Source of the DNA: an uncultured Clostridia bacterium
GTDB lineage: Bacteria > Aerophobota > Aerophobia > Aerophobales > B3-G15
Assembly (NCBI GenBank): GCA_964482715.1
Contig: CAYZYX010000013.1
Span: 1-39,503, forward strand
DNA length: 39,503 nucleotides
Direction: 5' to 3'
The notes beneath the pieces are model-generated. The model was not told where the DNA came from, searched no databases, and worked only from the letters and a program-made list of their open reading frames with translations. Within the stretch, counting starts at the first letter, position 1, and each line of letters begins with the position of its first letter. Of the stretch, positions 30,514 to 38,737 are shown one piece after another. A program made the translations under genes and the position numbers.

Positions 30514-30787
30514 TCTTGAACAGGTAAGATATATTGCCCATCTTGCAAGATTAGAACTTACTCCTGAGGAAGAAGACAAGTTCACCCGACAACTTGCCAA
30601 GATTTTGGAATACGTGGAGAAACTGAGGGAAGTTGATACCACCAACGTTCCTCCCACCTCTCATGTTTTGCCTGTAAAAAATGTATTTAGAGAGGATAAA
30701 CTGGGATTTTCTCTTTCACCTGAAGAAGCTCTTTCCAATGCTCCCATGAAGAGAAAAAATCATTTCCAGGTTCCTAAGATTGTGTAG
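30494..30787 (+). CDS. gatC: Asp/Glu-tRNA amidotransferase subunit C
   Basis: V..IAHLARL, ILEYVEKL.EVDT.NVPPT, NVFRED, ALSNAP and FQVPKI. Confidence 0.95.
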   Translation: MAKKVIDLEQVRYIAHLARLELTPEEEDKFTRQLAKILEYVEKLREVDTTNVPPTSHVLPVKNVFREDKLGFSLSPEEALSNAPMKRKNHFQVPKIV

Positions 30788-31262
30788 TCAGGAATTTTTT
30801 TGTAAATGTTTCTTTTATCACAAATGCACCGCTGGCAAAAAGGAGGTTATAAAAAAGGGCCGGGTAAATAGAAGTAGTGAAATTAAGTATAAAGGAAAAC
30901 CGATAAAGAAAAGTTAACCAGGATGAAATTACAAATGCATGAAAAAGTGAACCAGATGCCACAAGCAAAATAAGAAGAAGAAAATTCTGCTGATATATTT
31001 TACTTTGAATTTCCCCCACCAGCCATCCTATAAGAATAAGTGAAAAGGTACTGATTCCAAGTACAGGGGAGAAAAAGATATCTTTCAAGAATCCAGATAG
31101 AAATCCAGTAATGATGCCTTCCTTCCATCCTCTTGATTGACTCCAGAAGATCGTTAGAAGGAGGAAAAGGTCAACTTTTATTTTTTCTGTCCACCCTGTG
31201 AGGGCAATCTGAAAAAAAAGTGTCAGAAGAAGTAGCAGTATAAAAAATAAAATTCTTTTCAT
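30774..31262 (-). CDS. mreD: Rod shape-determining protein MreD
   Basis: Hydrophobic 162 aa with G..GFLSGFLKDI motif; downstream of mreC. Confidence 0.85.
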   Translation of the reverse strand: MKRILFFILLLLLTLFFQIALTGWTEKIKVDLFLLLTIFWSQSRGWKEGIITGFLSGFLKDIFFSPVLGISTFSLILIGWLVGEIQSKIYQQNFLLLILLVASGSLFHAFVISSWLTFLYRFSFILNFTTSIYPALFYNLLFASGAFVIKETFTKKFLTTQS

Positions 31263-32065
31263 TGCTGTACGACCAGAAAAAGTTCTTCCAATTTTCCAAA
31301 ATCTACTGCAGGTTTAACTTCAATCTTCTGAAAAAGGTAATTGGGTTTTTTTTCAATACAGGATACATAGCCCACTACAATCCCGGGAGGAAAAAGTCCT
31401 CCCAGTCCAGAGGTTACTACCTTATCCCCTACCTTTACATCCGCTTTACTCAAAATATACTGAAGTTCACATTTATCAATTACCCCTGTTCCCTGAAGTA
31501 TTCCGATATCTCTTGTTCTCTGGATTCTAACGCCTATTTTACATCTTTTATCAAGAATAAGGAGAACCTTGGATTGATCAGGGTAAACCTCGATTACTTT
31601 TCCAGCAAGACCTTGAGCGGTGACAACACCCATTCCTTCTGTGACATTATCTTTCTTTCCTCGATTAATGTAAATCACTCTAAAAAGGTTATCGGGAGAA
31701 TGAGCCAGAAGTTCTGCAGGAACCAGTTTATAAGGAGATTTCTTTTTAAATTCTAAGAGCTCTCTTAGCCTTCTGTTGGCATTTTCAATTTCCAGGTAGT
31801 AATTATTTTCTTTAAAGCGGAGTTTTTCCAGTTCCGTTTTTAAATAAGCATTTTCCTCTTTTAATTTCTTGCTCTGGCTGAGCACCTCTACAAAATCGGT
31901 CAAATTTTTTTTCAAATTAAAGGAAAAAGAGTAAAAGAGTTCTCCCATAAGGTAACCCTTCTCTCTTGAGACTAACAAAAAAGAAGGATGGAAATAGGAG
32001 AAGAAGATAAAAAACACTGAAACAAGCAAAAATGCAGTTAAAAATATAAGCTTGTTTTTTAACAA
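31259..32065 (-). CDS. mreC: Rod shape-determining protein MreC
   Basis: N-terminal TM, coiled coil (LKEEN..L, NRRLRELL), INRGK..V, GLAGKV, VTSGLGGLFPPGI.VG and PAVDF. Confidence 0.93.
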   Translation of the reverse strand: MLKNKLIFLTAFLLVSVFFIFFSYFHPSFLLVSREKGYLMGELFYSFSFNLKKNLTDFVEVLSQSKKLKEENAYLKTELEKLRFKENNYYLEIENANRRLRELLEFKKKSPYKLVPAELLAHSPDNLFRVIYINRGKKDNVTEGMGVVTAQGLAGKVIEVYPDQSKVLLILDKRCKIGVRIQRTRDIGILQGTGVIDKCELQYILSKADVKVGDKVVTSGLGGLFPPGIVVGYVSCIEKKPNYLFQKIEVKPAVDFGKLEELFLVVQQ

Positions 32066-32092
32066 TGGATAGATTTTTATCTTTCTCCCGGT

Positions 32093-33133
32093 TTATTCTC
32101 TCGTATTAGGTGTTATTTCTACTGCTGACAGAAGATGGTGGTCATCGAGCAGTTTCCCCAACCCCAATACCACTGACAGAAGAGGCTCGGGGACCACTCT
32201 AACTGGAAGTTTCACTCTCTCAGCAATGTAAGTGTCAATACCCTTAAGACATGCACCTCCTCCCGTAAGATTAATTCCTTTTTCCATAATATCACCAGCA
32301 ATTTCGGGAGGACACTGTTCTAAAGTAGCCTCGACCATATCAAGTATAGCAGTAAGGACAGGATCAAGGATTTCTCGCATTTCTGCAGAGTTAAGTTCTA
32401 TTTCACTGGGAAATCCAGTATTTAAGTCACGTCCTCTAACTTTCATTTTTTTTTCTTCTTTGGAAGATGAATATCCGAGAGTTATTTTTATTCTTTCAGC
32501 CATCTGTTCTCCAATGAAAAGATTATGTTTTTCTTTAAGATATTGAATTATTGCCTCATCCATTTCATCTCCTGCTATTCTGATGGAATTACTTATGACC
32601 ACTCCGTCTAAAGAGGTTATGGCAGCTTCACTTGTACCCCCTCCAATGTCAACAATCATATGACCGGTAGGTTCAGAAATAGGAAGATCAGCTCCTATTA
32701 CGGCAGCTACCGGTTCTGCTACCAGAAAAACCTTTCGCGCTCCAATTTCCATGGCTATATCCACAAGTGCCCTTTTTTCCACTTTGGTAGCTCGAGAGGG
32801 AACTCCAATCACAAGGCGGGGACCAATCATCGTCCTTTGAGGTTGAATTTTCTCAAGAAAACTTTCCAGCATTTTGCGGGTAATCTCAAAGTCGGCAATT
32901 ACTCCATCTCTTAAAGGGCGTATAGCCAGAATATTCTGGGGAGTTTTACCCAGCATCTGTTTTGCCTGCCTTCCCACTCCCATTATTCTACCATCCTTTT
33001 TATAAATGGCTAATACTGAAGGTTCGTTGAGAACAACTCCCCTTCCTTTCCTGTAAATTAAAGTATTGGTAGTTCCAAGATCTATCCCCAGATCCTTTCC
33101 CATTAGCCTGAAATTAAATATTTCCCTTAACAC
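32093..33133 (-). CDS. mreB: Rod shape-determining actin homolog MreB/Mbl (start GTG 33133 or ATG 33103)
   Basis: DLGIDLGTTNT, EPSV, RPLRDGVIADF, VDIGGGTSE and LTGGG. Confidence 0.95.
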   Translation of the reverse strand: MLREIFNFRLMGKDLGIDLGTTNTLIYRKGRGVVLNEPSVLAIYKKDGRIMGVGRQAKQMLGKTPQNILAIRPLRDGVIADFEITRKMLESFLEKIQPQRTMIGPRLVIGVPSRATKVEKRALVDIAMEIGARKVFLVAEPVAAVIGADLPISEPTGHMIVDIGGGTSEAAITSLDGVVISNSIRIAGDEMDEAIIQYLKEKHNLFIGEQMAERIKITLGYSSSKEEKKMKVRGRDLNTGFPSEIELNSAEMREILDPVLTAILDMVEATLEQCPPEIAGDIMEKGINLTGGGACLKGIDTYIAERVKLPVRVVPEPLLSVVLGLGKLLDDHHLLSAVEITPNTRE

Positions 33134-33140
33134 AAGATGC

Positions 33141-33169
33141 ATTATACTTGCAGGAAAAAGATAAGTCAA
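33141..33169 (-). promoter_or_regulatory. Sigma70 promoter for mreBCD
   Basis: Minus-strand TTGACT (33169-33164), 17 nt, TATAAT (33146-33141). Confidence 0.7.
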
Positions 33170-33188
33170 GAAAATCTGTAAAAATCTT

Positions 33189-33216
33189 TTGACAGTTTTC
33201 CTTTAATCCTTATAAT
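33189..33216 (+). promoter_or_regulatory. Sigma70 promoter for the wHTH regulator operon
   Basis: Perfect TTGACA (33189-33194), 16 nt, TATAAT (33211-33216). Confidence 0.8.
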
Positions 33217-33250
33217 TGTTCAGGTAGTGAACATTAAACAAGAGGCAAAG

Positions 33251-33802
33251 ATGAAAAAGGGAGAAGTTACTGATAAAGAATTGAAGATTATAGAGACCAT
33301 TGCTGAAGATAAGAGTATAACTCAAAGAGAAATCTCTCGCAGAGCTGGAATATCTCTGGGGATGGTAAACATTACTTTAAGAAAATTGGCCAGGCGGGGC
33401 TACATAAAAGTAAAAAAAATGAACCGTAGAAGTCTGGAATATGTTCTTACCCCAAAAGGATTTGCTGAAAAAGCTAAAAGATCTTACAGATATTTTCGCA
33501 ATACTCTTGCTTCCCTTCGGGAAATGAAGAGAAAGATACAATCAATTATCTTGCTTGAATATTCAAGAGGAAGGAAAGATTTTATTATTCTTGGAAATGG
33601 AGAGCTTGCTGATGTGGTGGAACTCAGTTTGAAAGGATTAAGCAAGAAAGGGATTACCTATAAAAGGGTGAGCAAAGAGGAAGATTTAAGGGAAGAAGAA
33701 GCAGTTGTGCTGGTGACCAAAAGTAAATTTAAAAGAACTTCAGCAGTTAAAACCTGGATAAATCTTTATGAAAAAATTATTGGAAAGCAGGAAAGGAGAT
33801 AA
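33251..33802 (+). CDS. Winged helix-turn-helix regulator (MarR-like, polysaccharide-locus-associated type)
   Basis: ITQREIS...GISLGMVN..L..L..RGYIK and Y.LTPKG..EK motifs; ATG 33251 after AGAGG. Confidence 0.85.
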   Translation: MKKGEVTDKELKIIETIAEDKSITQREISRRAGISLGMVNITLRKLARRGYIKVKKMNRRSLEYVLTPKGFAEKAKRSYRYFRNTLASLREMKRKIQSIILLEYSRGRKDFIILGNGELADVVELSLKGLSKKGITYKRVSKEEDLREEEAVVLVTKSKFKRTSAVKTWINLYEKIIGKQERR

Positions 33803-33804
33803 AA

Positions 33805-34791
33805 TTGCTGAATGTTGCAGTTGTAGGAGCCGGAAATTGGGGCAGGAAGGTTATCAGAAACTTTTATGAGCTGAAAGAAGTTGACACCCTTTTTTGTTAC
33901 GATGTAAATCCATCTTCCCGGAGATGGGTGAAAAAAAACTACCCTGAAGTTATTACTGTTACACGTTATGAGGACATTTTGGAAAACAAAGAAATTCCAG
34001 CTGTAGTAATTACCACTCCTGCCTGGACTCACTTTTTTCTTGCCAGAAAGGCTCTCAATGCCGGGAAGCATGTGTTTGTGGAAAAACCGCTGACCCTGAA
34101 AGCTGAAGATGCCGAATTTCTTGTAAATTTAGCCAAAGCAAAGGGAAAGATACTTATGGTGGGCCATATACTGAGGTATCACCCTGCTGTTCAGGTAATG
34201 AAAAGGATAATTGATGAAGGTAAATTAGGTAGAATCTATTACACTTACTCCCAGAGACTCAATGTTGGCAGGGTGAGGGAGGTGGAAAATGTCATGTGGT
34301 GTCTTGCTCCGCACGATATTTCTATCGTTCTTTATCTTCTGGGAAAGGAACCAACCCGGGTAAGTGCTTGTGGGGGCTGCTTTCTCCAGAGGGAAAAATC
34401 CATAGAAGATGTGATTTTTCTAAATTTAACTTTTGAGGGAGGGATATTTTCTCATATCCATGTGAGCTGGTTTGATCCCACCAGGATCAGAAAAACGGTA
34501 GTGGTAGGAGAAGAGGAAGTTATTGTTCTGGATGAGTTAAGTTCTCAAGAGCCGCTCAAACTATACACTATCAAAAGAAAAAAAGGGACAGATATTGCAC
34601 TGGGCGAAGCTACTTTGCTTTCAGTCCCGGATTACGAGCCTTTAAAGGAAGAATGTCTTCACTTTATAAGATGTATCCTTACCAATACCCCTCCCTTAAC
34701 TGATGGTCAGGAGGGATTGAGAGTGGTGAAAATTCTTGAGATGGCTCAGAAATCCTTGAAAAAAGGAAGTCCTGTCAAAATAACAAAATAA
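33805..34791 (+). CDS. Gfo/Idh/MocA oxidoreductase (WbpB-like nucleotide-sugar dehydrogenase)
   Basis: VVGAGNWG, AGKHVFVEKP, MVGH...YHPA, LAPHD and HVSW. Confidence 0.9.
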   Translation: MLNVAVVGAGNWGRKVIRNFYELKEVDTLFCYDVNPSSRRWVKKNYPEVITVTRYEDILENKEIPAVVITTPAWTHFFLARKALNAGKHVFVEKPLTLKAEDAEFLVNLAKAKGKILMVGHILRYHPAVQVMKRIIDEGKLGRIYYTYSQRLNVGRVREVENVMWCLAPHDISIVLYLLGKEPTRVSACGGCFLQREKSIEDVIFLNLTFEGGIFSHIHVSWFDPTRIRKTVVVGEEEVIVLDELSSQEPLKLYTIKRKKGTDIALGEATLLSVPDYEPLKEECLHFIRCILTNTPPLTDGQEGLRVVKILEMAQKSLKKGSPVKITK

Positions 34792-34794
34792 ATT

Positions 34795-34842
34795 GATACC
34801 CGGGAGCCTTTATCTTCGTGAGAAAAAATGTTCCAGTGTCGG
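34795..34842 (+). repeat. Dispersed intergenic repeat family, copy 5 (degenerate)
   Basis: GATACCCGGGAGCCT (34795-34809) exact core; AAAAAATGTTCCAGTGTCGG (34823-34842) matches 26990-27009 at 17/20. Confidence 0.8.
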
Positions 34843-34850
34843 ATGACAAT

Positions 34851-34984
34851 TCCAGCTTCGGGAAAAAGTCTTATAACAAAGATAAAACTTATAACACTAA
34901 AAGGAAAGGTGTATTCCCTGAGCGGAGCTTACAGGAAGCTATGTGTACCCGGGCTGTCTAACAGGAATTTTTTCCGAAACTGGA
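34851..34984. repeat. ~134-bp element bounded by imperfect 17-bp inverted repeats (MITE-like or structured RNA)
   Basis: TCCAGCTTCGGGAAAAA (34851-34867) vs TTTTTCCGAAACTGGA ending at 34984; internal CTTATAACA direct repeat and AGCTT-ACAGG-AAGCT hairpin. Confidence 0.55.
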
Positions 34985-34994
34985 GATTAAGCTA

Positions 34995-35022
34995 TTGACA
35001 AAATTTCAAAAAAAGATAGTAT
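34995..35022 (+). promoter_or_regulatory. Sigma70 promoter for the secreted-protein cluster
   Basis: TTGACA (34995-35000), 16 nt, TAGTAT (35017-35022). Confidence 0.65.
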
Positions 35023-35129
35023 TTCGTCGCTATTGATAAAAGGGTGATAAGAGGAGAGTTAGAAATATTTAAGAAGGAGGTGGTTTCAGCTCAAAAAAAC
35101 AAGATTTTTGACCCAAGGAGGGAAAAAGT

Positions 35130-36284
35130 ATGAGAATAAGTAGAAAGATTTTGATGAGCATAATTATGATAACCGGGGTAATGCTAATCACCGGGATAGC
35201 AGGATTTTCTGCAGTTCCGGTGAATGTGCAGATTTCTATGGAGACGGGAGTTAGAGCCCCTACGAAAGCTCAGGATGAGATAAGAGGGCTCACCCAGAGC
35301 CTTGTTCTGGAGCAATTCAGGGGTGATGCAACCAAGAGTTCCTTAATAATGGCTGATACCAAGATTGTTTCTGAGATAAAAGGTGGATTTCGCTGCGAAA
35401 CACTTGCCGGTTATCTTTACGAGAAAACTTATACGTTGAAGTTAAACCTTATCCGCTGGGACTATGTCAGGGGAAGTGCTGAGAATATAAGGACAAGGGA
35501 GAATTATCTTCCTGAGGAGGAGGCTACCCTTCATGTTACCCAGACATCGAAACCTGGTACTCAAATTGGAGAAAAGGAAAAAACTCAAAAGGGATTAAGA
35601 GCTCCCAAGGGAGAAATGGTGAAGCCAAATACTCAGCTCAGGGCCCGCACCGATGTTAATGAACTTAAGAGTGGAGAGGTTAGAACTCCCTGGTATAAAC
35701 AGGCAAAGGGATTTGCCAACTGTCCTGTAGGTCCGGGTTACAAATGTGCCTGGTCCATGACCTATTACATAGCCAGCGTTATGCACTGGAGAACGGGTAA
35801 TGCCTGGTATGCAAGAGGTACTGCTGCCAGTGTATACAACAACAAGATGGTTTTAGGACAGGGGACCAGACTTCTCTATTACAGCAATATAGGTCACGGA
35901 TGTCCTAATGCTTTGGCTATGTCAGGTGGTTATCTCTGGGCAAGCTGGATAAATCCCTATCCTTACAAGTGGGGAATAGTAGGTGCCGTGATGTTCGTCA
36001 ACTCCTGTAATTCCTTTAAAAATCCGATAAGGTCAGCTTTTTATCCAGCAAACTGGGCAAGAGTTTACATAAGTGGTGCAACCCCACTTTATGTTAATTG
36101 TTCTGAGTGTGTTGATGCCTGGTTCTGGTACTTTGGACTCGTCCAGCACAGACCGGCCAATCAGGCACTTGCCCTTGCTAGATCCTATGCTTCCAGCTAT
36201 GGCTGCTATGGTGGATGCTGCAGGCGCTGTAGAAATTGTGGGACTTTTGGTCTCACCGGCTATGCTCCCACATCACCATTCTAA
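35130..36284 (+). CDS. Exported protein with putative caspase-hemoglobinase-fold (clan CD, gingipain/CHAT-like) C-terminal domain
   Basis: AAGGAGG RBS; signal peptide; YYSNIGHG (His256) and VMFVNSC (Cys293) each follow a hydrophobic strand; C-terminal FW..GL....NQALALAR..FGLTG pattern. Confidence 0.6.
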   Translation: MRISRKILMSIIMITGVMLITGIAGFSAVPVNVQISMETGVRAPTKAQDEIRGLTQSLVLEQFRGDATKSSLIMADTKIVSEIKGGFRCETLAGYLYEKTYTLKLNLIRWDYVRGSAENIRTRENYLPEEEATLHVTQTSKPGTQIGEKEKTQKGLRAPKGEMVKPNTQLRARTDVNELKSGEVRTPWYKQAKGFANCPVGPGYKCAWSMTYYIASVMHWRTGNAWYARGTAASVYNNKMVLGQGTRLLYYSNIGHGCPNALAMSGGYLWASWINPYPYKWGIVGAVMFVNSCNSFKNPIRSAFYPANWARVYISGATPLYVNCSECVDAWFWYFGLVQHRPANQALALARSYASSYGCYGGCCRRCRNCGTFGLTGYAPTSPF

Positions 36285-36323
36285 AAGGACTGCAACAATA
36301 TATCGATATATCGATTTAAAGAT

Positions 36324-36368
36324 AGATTCGGAGGGAAAAGATTTTTCCCCTCCGAATCTTTAATTTTT
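36324..36368 (+). terminator. Rho-independent terminator / stabilising hairpin
   Basis: 12-bp perfect stem AGATTCGGAGGG / CCCTCCGAATCT followed by TTAATTTTT. Confidence 0.75.
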
Positions 36369-36389
36369 AAAATTTAGGTGTAAAGGATT

Positions 36390-37523
36390 TTGATAATGCA
36401 GAAAATATCCGCAGAGGTAAAAGTAGTAAGGATTTTTATCTGTCTTTTATTTTATTTTTTCTGTCTTTCTGGTGTGGTTCTTGCAGAGAATCCTTTGCCT
36501 TTACTGGTGATTGAAAGAGATGTCCCGATCTACATTGGTGACAGGTTCATAGTGAACCACACCACTTATGTGGTAAATTTATCAGAAAGCCAATTAGAGA
36601 CAAATCTTAGCTGTTTCATTCCGGAAAGATTGTACAGAAAAGAGGATACTTTCTTTGGAAAGGAAGTTCAACTTGATCTTTCCATGTACTATCCCCAGCA
36701 GGTGGAGATTAAAGAATACCATGAGCTTGGTGAACCCAAAATTGAAAAAATTCAGGATAAAATAGTATTTTCCTGGAAAGGTGTTACCCTTCCTCCCCAT
36801 GAAGCAGCAATTGTTCAATACGAAAATTACCTTGGTCCTGAGAGTATGTTTTACACCCCGGAAGGATTTAATTTTTCAGGGCTTAAGGTAAAAACCCGTT
36901 ATCAATGTTCTCTTGATAATACTGATGCCAATTTTTTTCTTCATTATGATCTGGAGAATGGTTCCGGTCATAAGGTTGAATTTTTACAATTTGAAGTTTT
37001 TTTCCCTGACACCATTATGATGGCTGGAAAAGAGGGAAAAGATGTTTCTTTACTTGAGGTTACCGGCTATTGTATGTCCTCCAACGCCTTGATTCAAAAG
37101 TGGGTCATTGAAGATGGATTTGGAAACCAGACCCAGAGTCACGGTGTTTTCTCTCAAAAAAGATTTTTTAATCCCGGTGAAAAACTTAGCTTTTTTGTCA
37201 GTTTTTCCGGTAAGAAAAAAACCGAAAGAGGAGAGATTTATCCTCTTATAATACTTCGCTGCAGAATACAGGGGGTAAAACTCTTTGAACCAATAATGGT
37301 GGAAAGTGAAAGGGATATAAGTGTGGGTCGCTTTTACTATACCGAATATGCCACTTCTATACCTGATAAATTACTTTTTAAACTTGAGAAAGACAAAATA
37401 GAAGTTGTTCCGGCAGAAATTATCTCCAGACCTACCTACACCACGGTGATTCCAGAGATCAAAAAACCCCTTACAGGTCCTGTTCCTCCACTGAAAATGC
37501 AACTGGAGGAAGAAAATCAATAA
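36390..37523 (+). CDS. Exported hypothetical protein (beta-rich); start may be ATG 36396
   Basis: Long ORF with signal-peptide-like segment ending VLA-E; no family recognised. Confidence 0.7.
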   Translation: MIMQKISAEVKVVRIFICLLFYFFCLSGVVLAENPLPLLVIERDVPIYIGDRFIVNHTTYVVNLSESQLETNLSCFIPERLYRKEDTFFGKEVQLDLSMYYPQQVEIKEYHELGEPKIEKIQDKIVFSWKGVTLPPHEAAIVQYENYLGPESMFYTPEGFNFSGLKVKTRYQCSLDNTDANFFLHYDLENGSGHKVEFLQFEVFFPDTIMMAGKEGKDVSLLEVTGYCMSSNALIQKWVIEDGFGNQTQSHGVFSQKRFFNPGEKLSFFVSFSGKKKTERGEIYPLIILRCRIQGVKLFEPIMVESERDISVGRFYYTEYATSIPDKLLFKLEKDKIEVVPAEIISRPTYTTVIPEIKKPLTGPVPPLKMQLEEENQ

Positions 37524-37533
37524 CTATGAGATA

Positions 37534-38667
37534 TTGAGACCATTCCTTTATAGCCTTTCCATGTTAAAAGCGATGTTGGTTTTTTTAATCTTGCTTTTTT
37601 CAGCGATTTTTGTTTTCAAGGAAGTGCCGGCTTTTGAGACTATTTCTCTTTCAGAGGTTCATCGGTTAACCTTCACTTCTTACCCTGAGGTTCACCCTGA
37701 ACTTGTAGTTGACAAAAAGGGAAATATTGGGGTATTCTGGCTTTCCCTTAAACTCAGGACACCCGGAATTGAAGGTGGCTGGCTGGATAATGGAAATTTC
37801 ATAAAGATAAGGTCAAGTTACAGTTGTGTGGGGAGATGGGATGTGGCGGCAGCAGGTGAGCGAGAATTATGGCTTCTCAGAACTCACTGGGGCATGCTTT
37901 ACCTTCACCGGTTAAAAAATTTGAGAGAAATAAAAAGCTGGCGGATAGCAAGAAAGGGAACCGGTGATCCTTTTGTTAAAACCGTCAATGGAAAGCCCTT
38001 TTTTCTCTGGAGGGAGAAGAAAAATAGTCAGCAAGAGATGTTAAAGATCGGTTTTTTTCGAGAAGAAAAACCGGAAAGTTTATCCCTGATCACTACCCGG
38101 AAAATAAGGTTTCCTGAACTTTACCTCAGGGACAGTCAATTTTTTGTGACATTTCAAACTAAGAAAGACAACTGGCACCTGTGGATAGCTAAGTTTGGCT
38201 ATCCGGAAATTAGTCAAATCGATATCAAAAAACTTCCCTTTTCAAGCACCCGTTTGATGAGAGCATCTGGCCTTATAGATTCAAGAGGCAATTTTTGGGT
38301 AAGCTGGCAGGAAGGTGACGAAGAAAAAGAGAAAATTTTTCTTTCATTTAGCCCTGATATGGAAAATTGGAGTCCCCCTTGTTCAGTTTACCCTTTTAAA
38401 GGAAGAGTTGTAAACCCCAGAATAAAGGAATCAGGTAGATCTATTCTAATCTTTTATCAACTCCGGGATGAAGAAAAGGAAGAGTGGTTTATTAAGGTAA
38501 CTGGAACATCCCGGGAAATTTTTCCTCAAGGAAAGATTTTAGGATTTGATCCCCTCCTGAAATGTGACGAGTTTGACATTATTTTGCTTGATGCTACAAT
38601 CTGGATTGCCTGGCAGGAAAAAGGAGACATATTTTTAGGGAGAGGTTTATTTAACTATAAGGCTTGA
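37534..38667 (+). CDS. Exported hypothetical protein, probable beta-propeller (BNR/Asp-box-like); start may be ATG 37561
   Basis: Signal peptide; repeated P.L..D..G...V.W units (PELVVDKKGNIGVFW, IDSRGNFWVSW, IWIAWQE) and FSPDMENWS Asp-box-like motif. Confidence 0.6.
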   Translation: MRPFLYSLSMLKAMLVFLILLFSAIFVFKEVPAFETISLSEVHRLTFTSYPEVHPELVVDKKGNIGVFWLSLKLRTPGIEGGWLDNGNFIKIRSSYSCVGRWDVAAAGERELWLLRTHWGMLYLHRLKNLREIKSWRIARKGTGDPFVKTVNGKPFFLWREKKNSQQEMLKIGFFREEKPESLSLITTRKIRFPELYLRDSQFFVTFQTKKDNWHLWIAKFGYPEISQIDIKKLPFSSTRLMRASGLIDSRGNFWVSWQEGDEEKEKIFLSFSPDMENWSPPCSVYPFKGRVVNPRIKESGRSILIFYQLRDEEKEEWFIKVTGTSREIFPQGKILGFDPLLKCDEFDIILLDATIWIAWQEKGDIFLGRGLFNYKA

Positions 38668-38737
38668 AATTTTTGAATTATTTTTTTGATAAAATTTTGA
38701 TAAAATAAGAGTTATTGAAAAAAGGGAGCAAAAAATC

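Noticed and set aside
36298-36315. Overlapping palindromes ATATATCGATATAT / ATCGATATATCGAT
   Set aside because: Low-complexity single occurrence, explicable as a short tandem duplication; no support for function.
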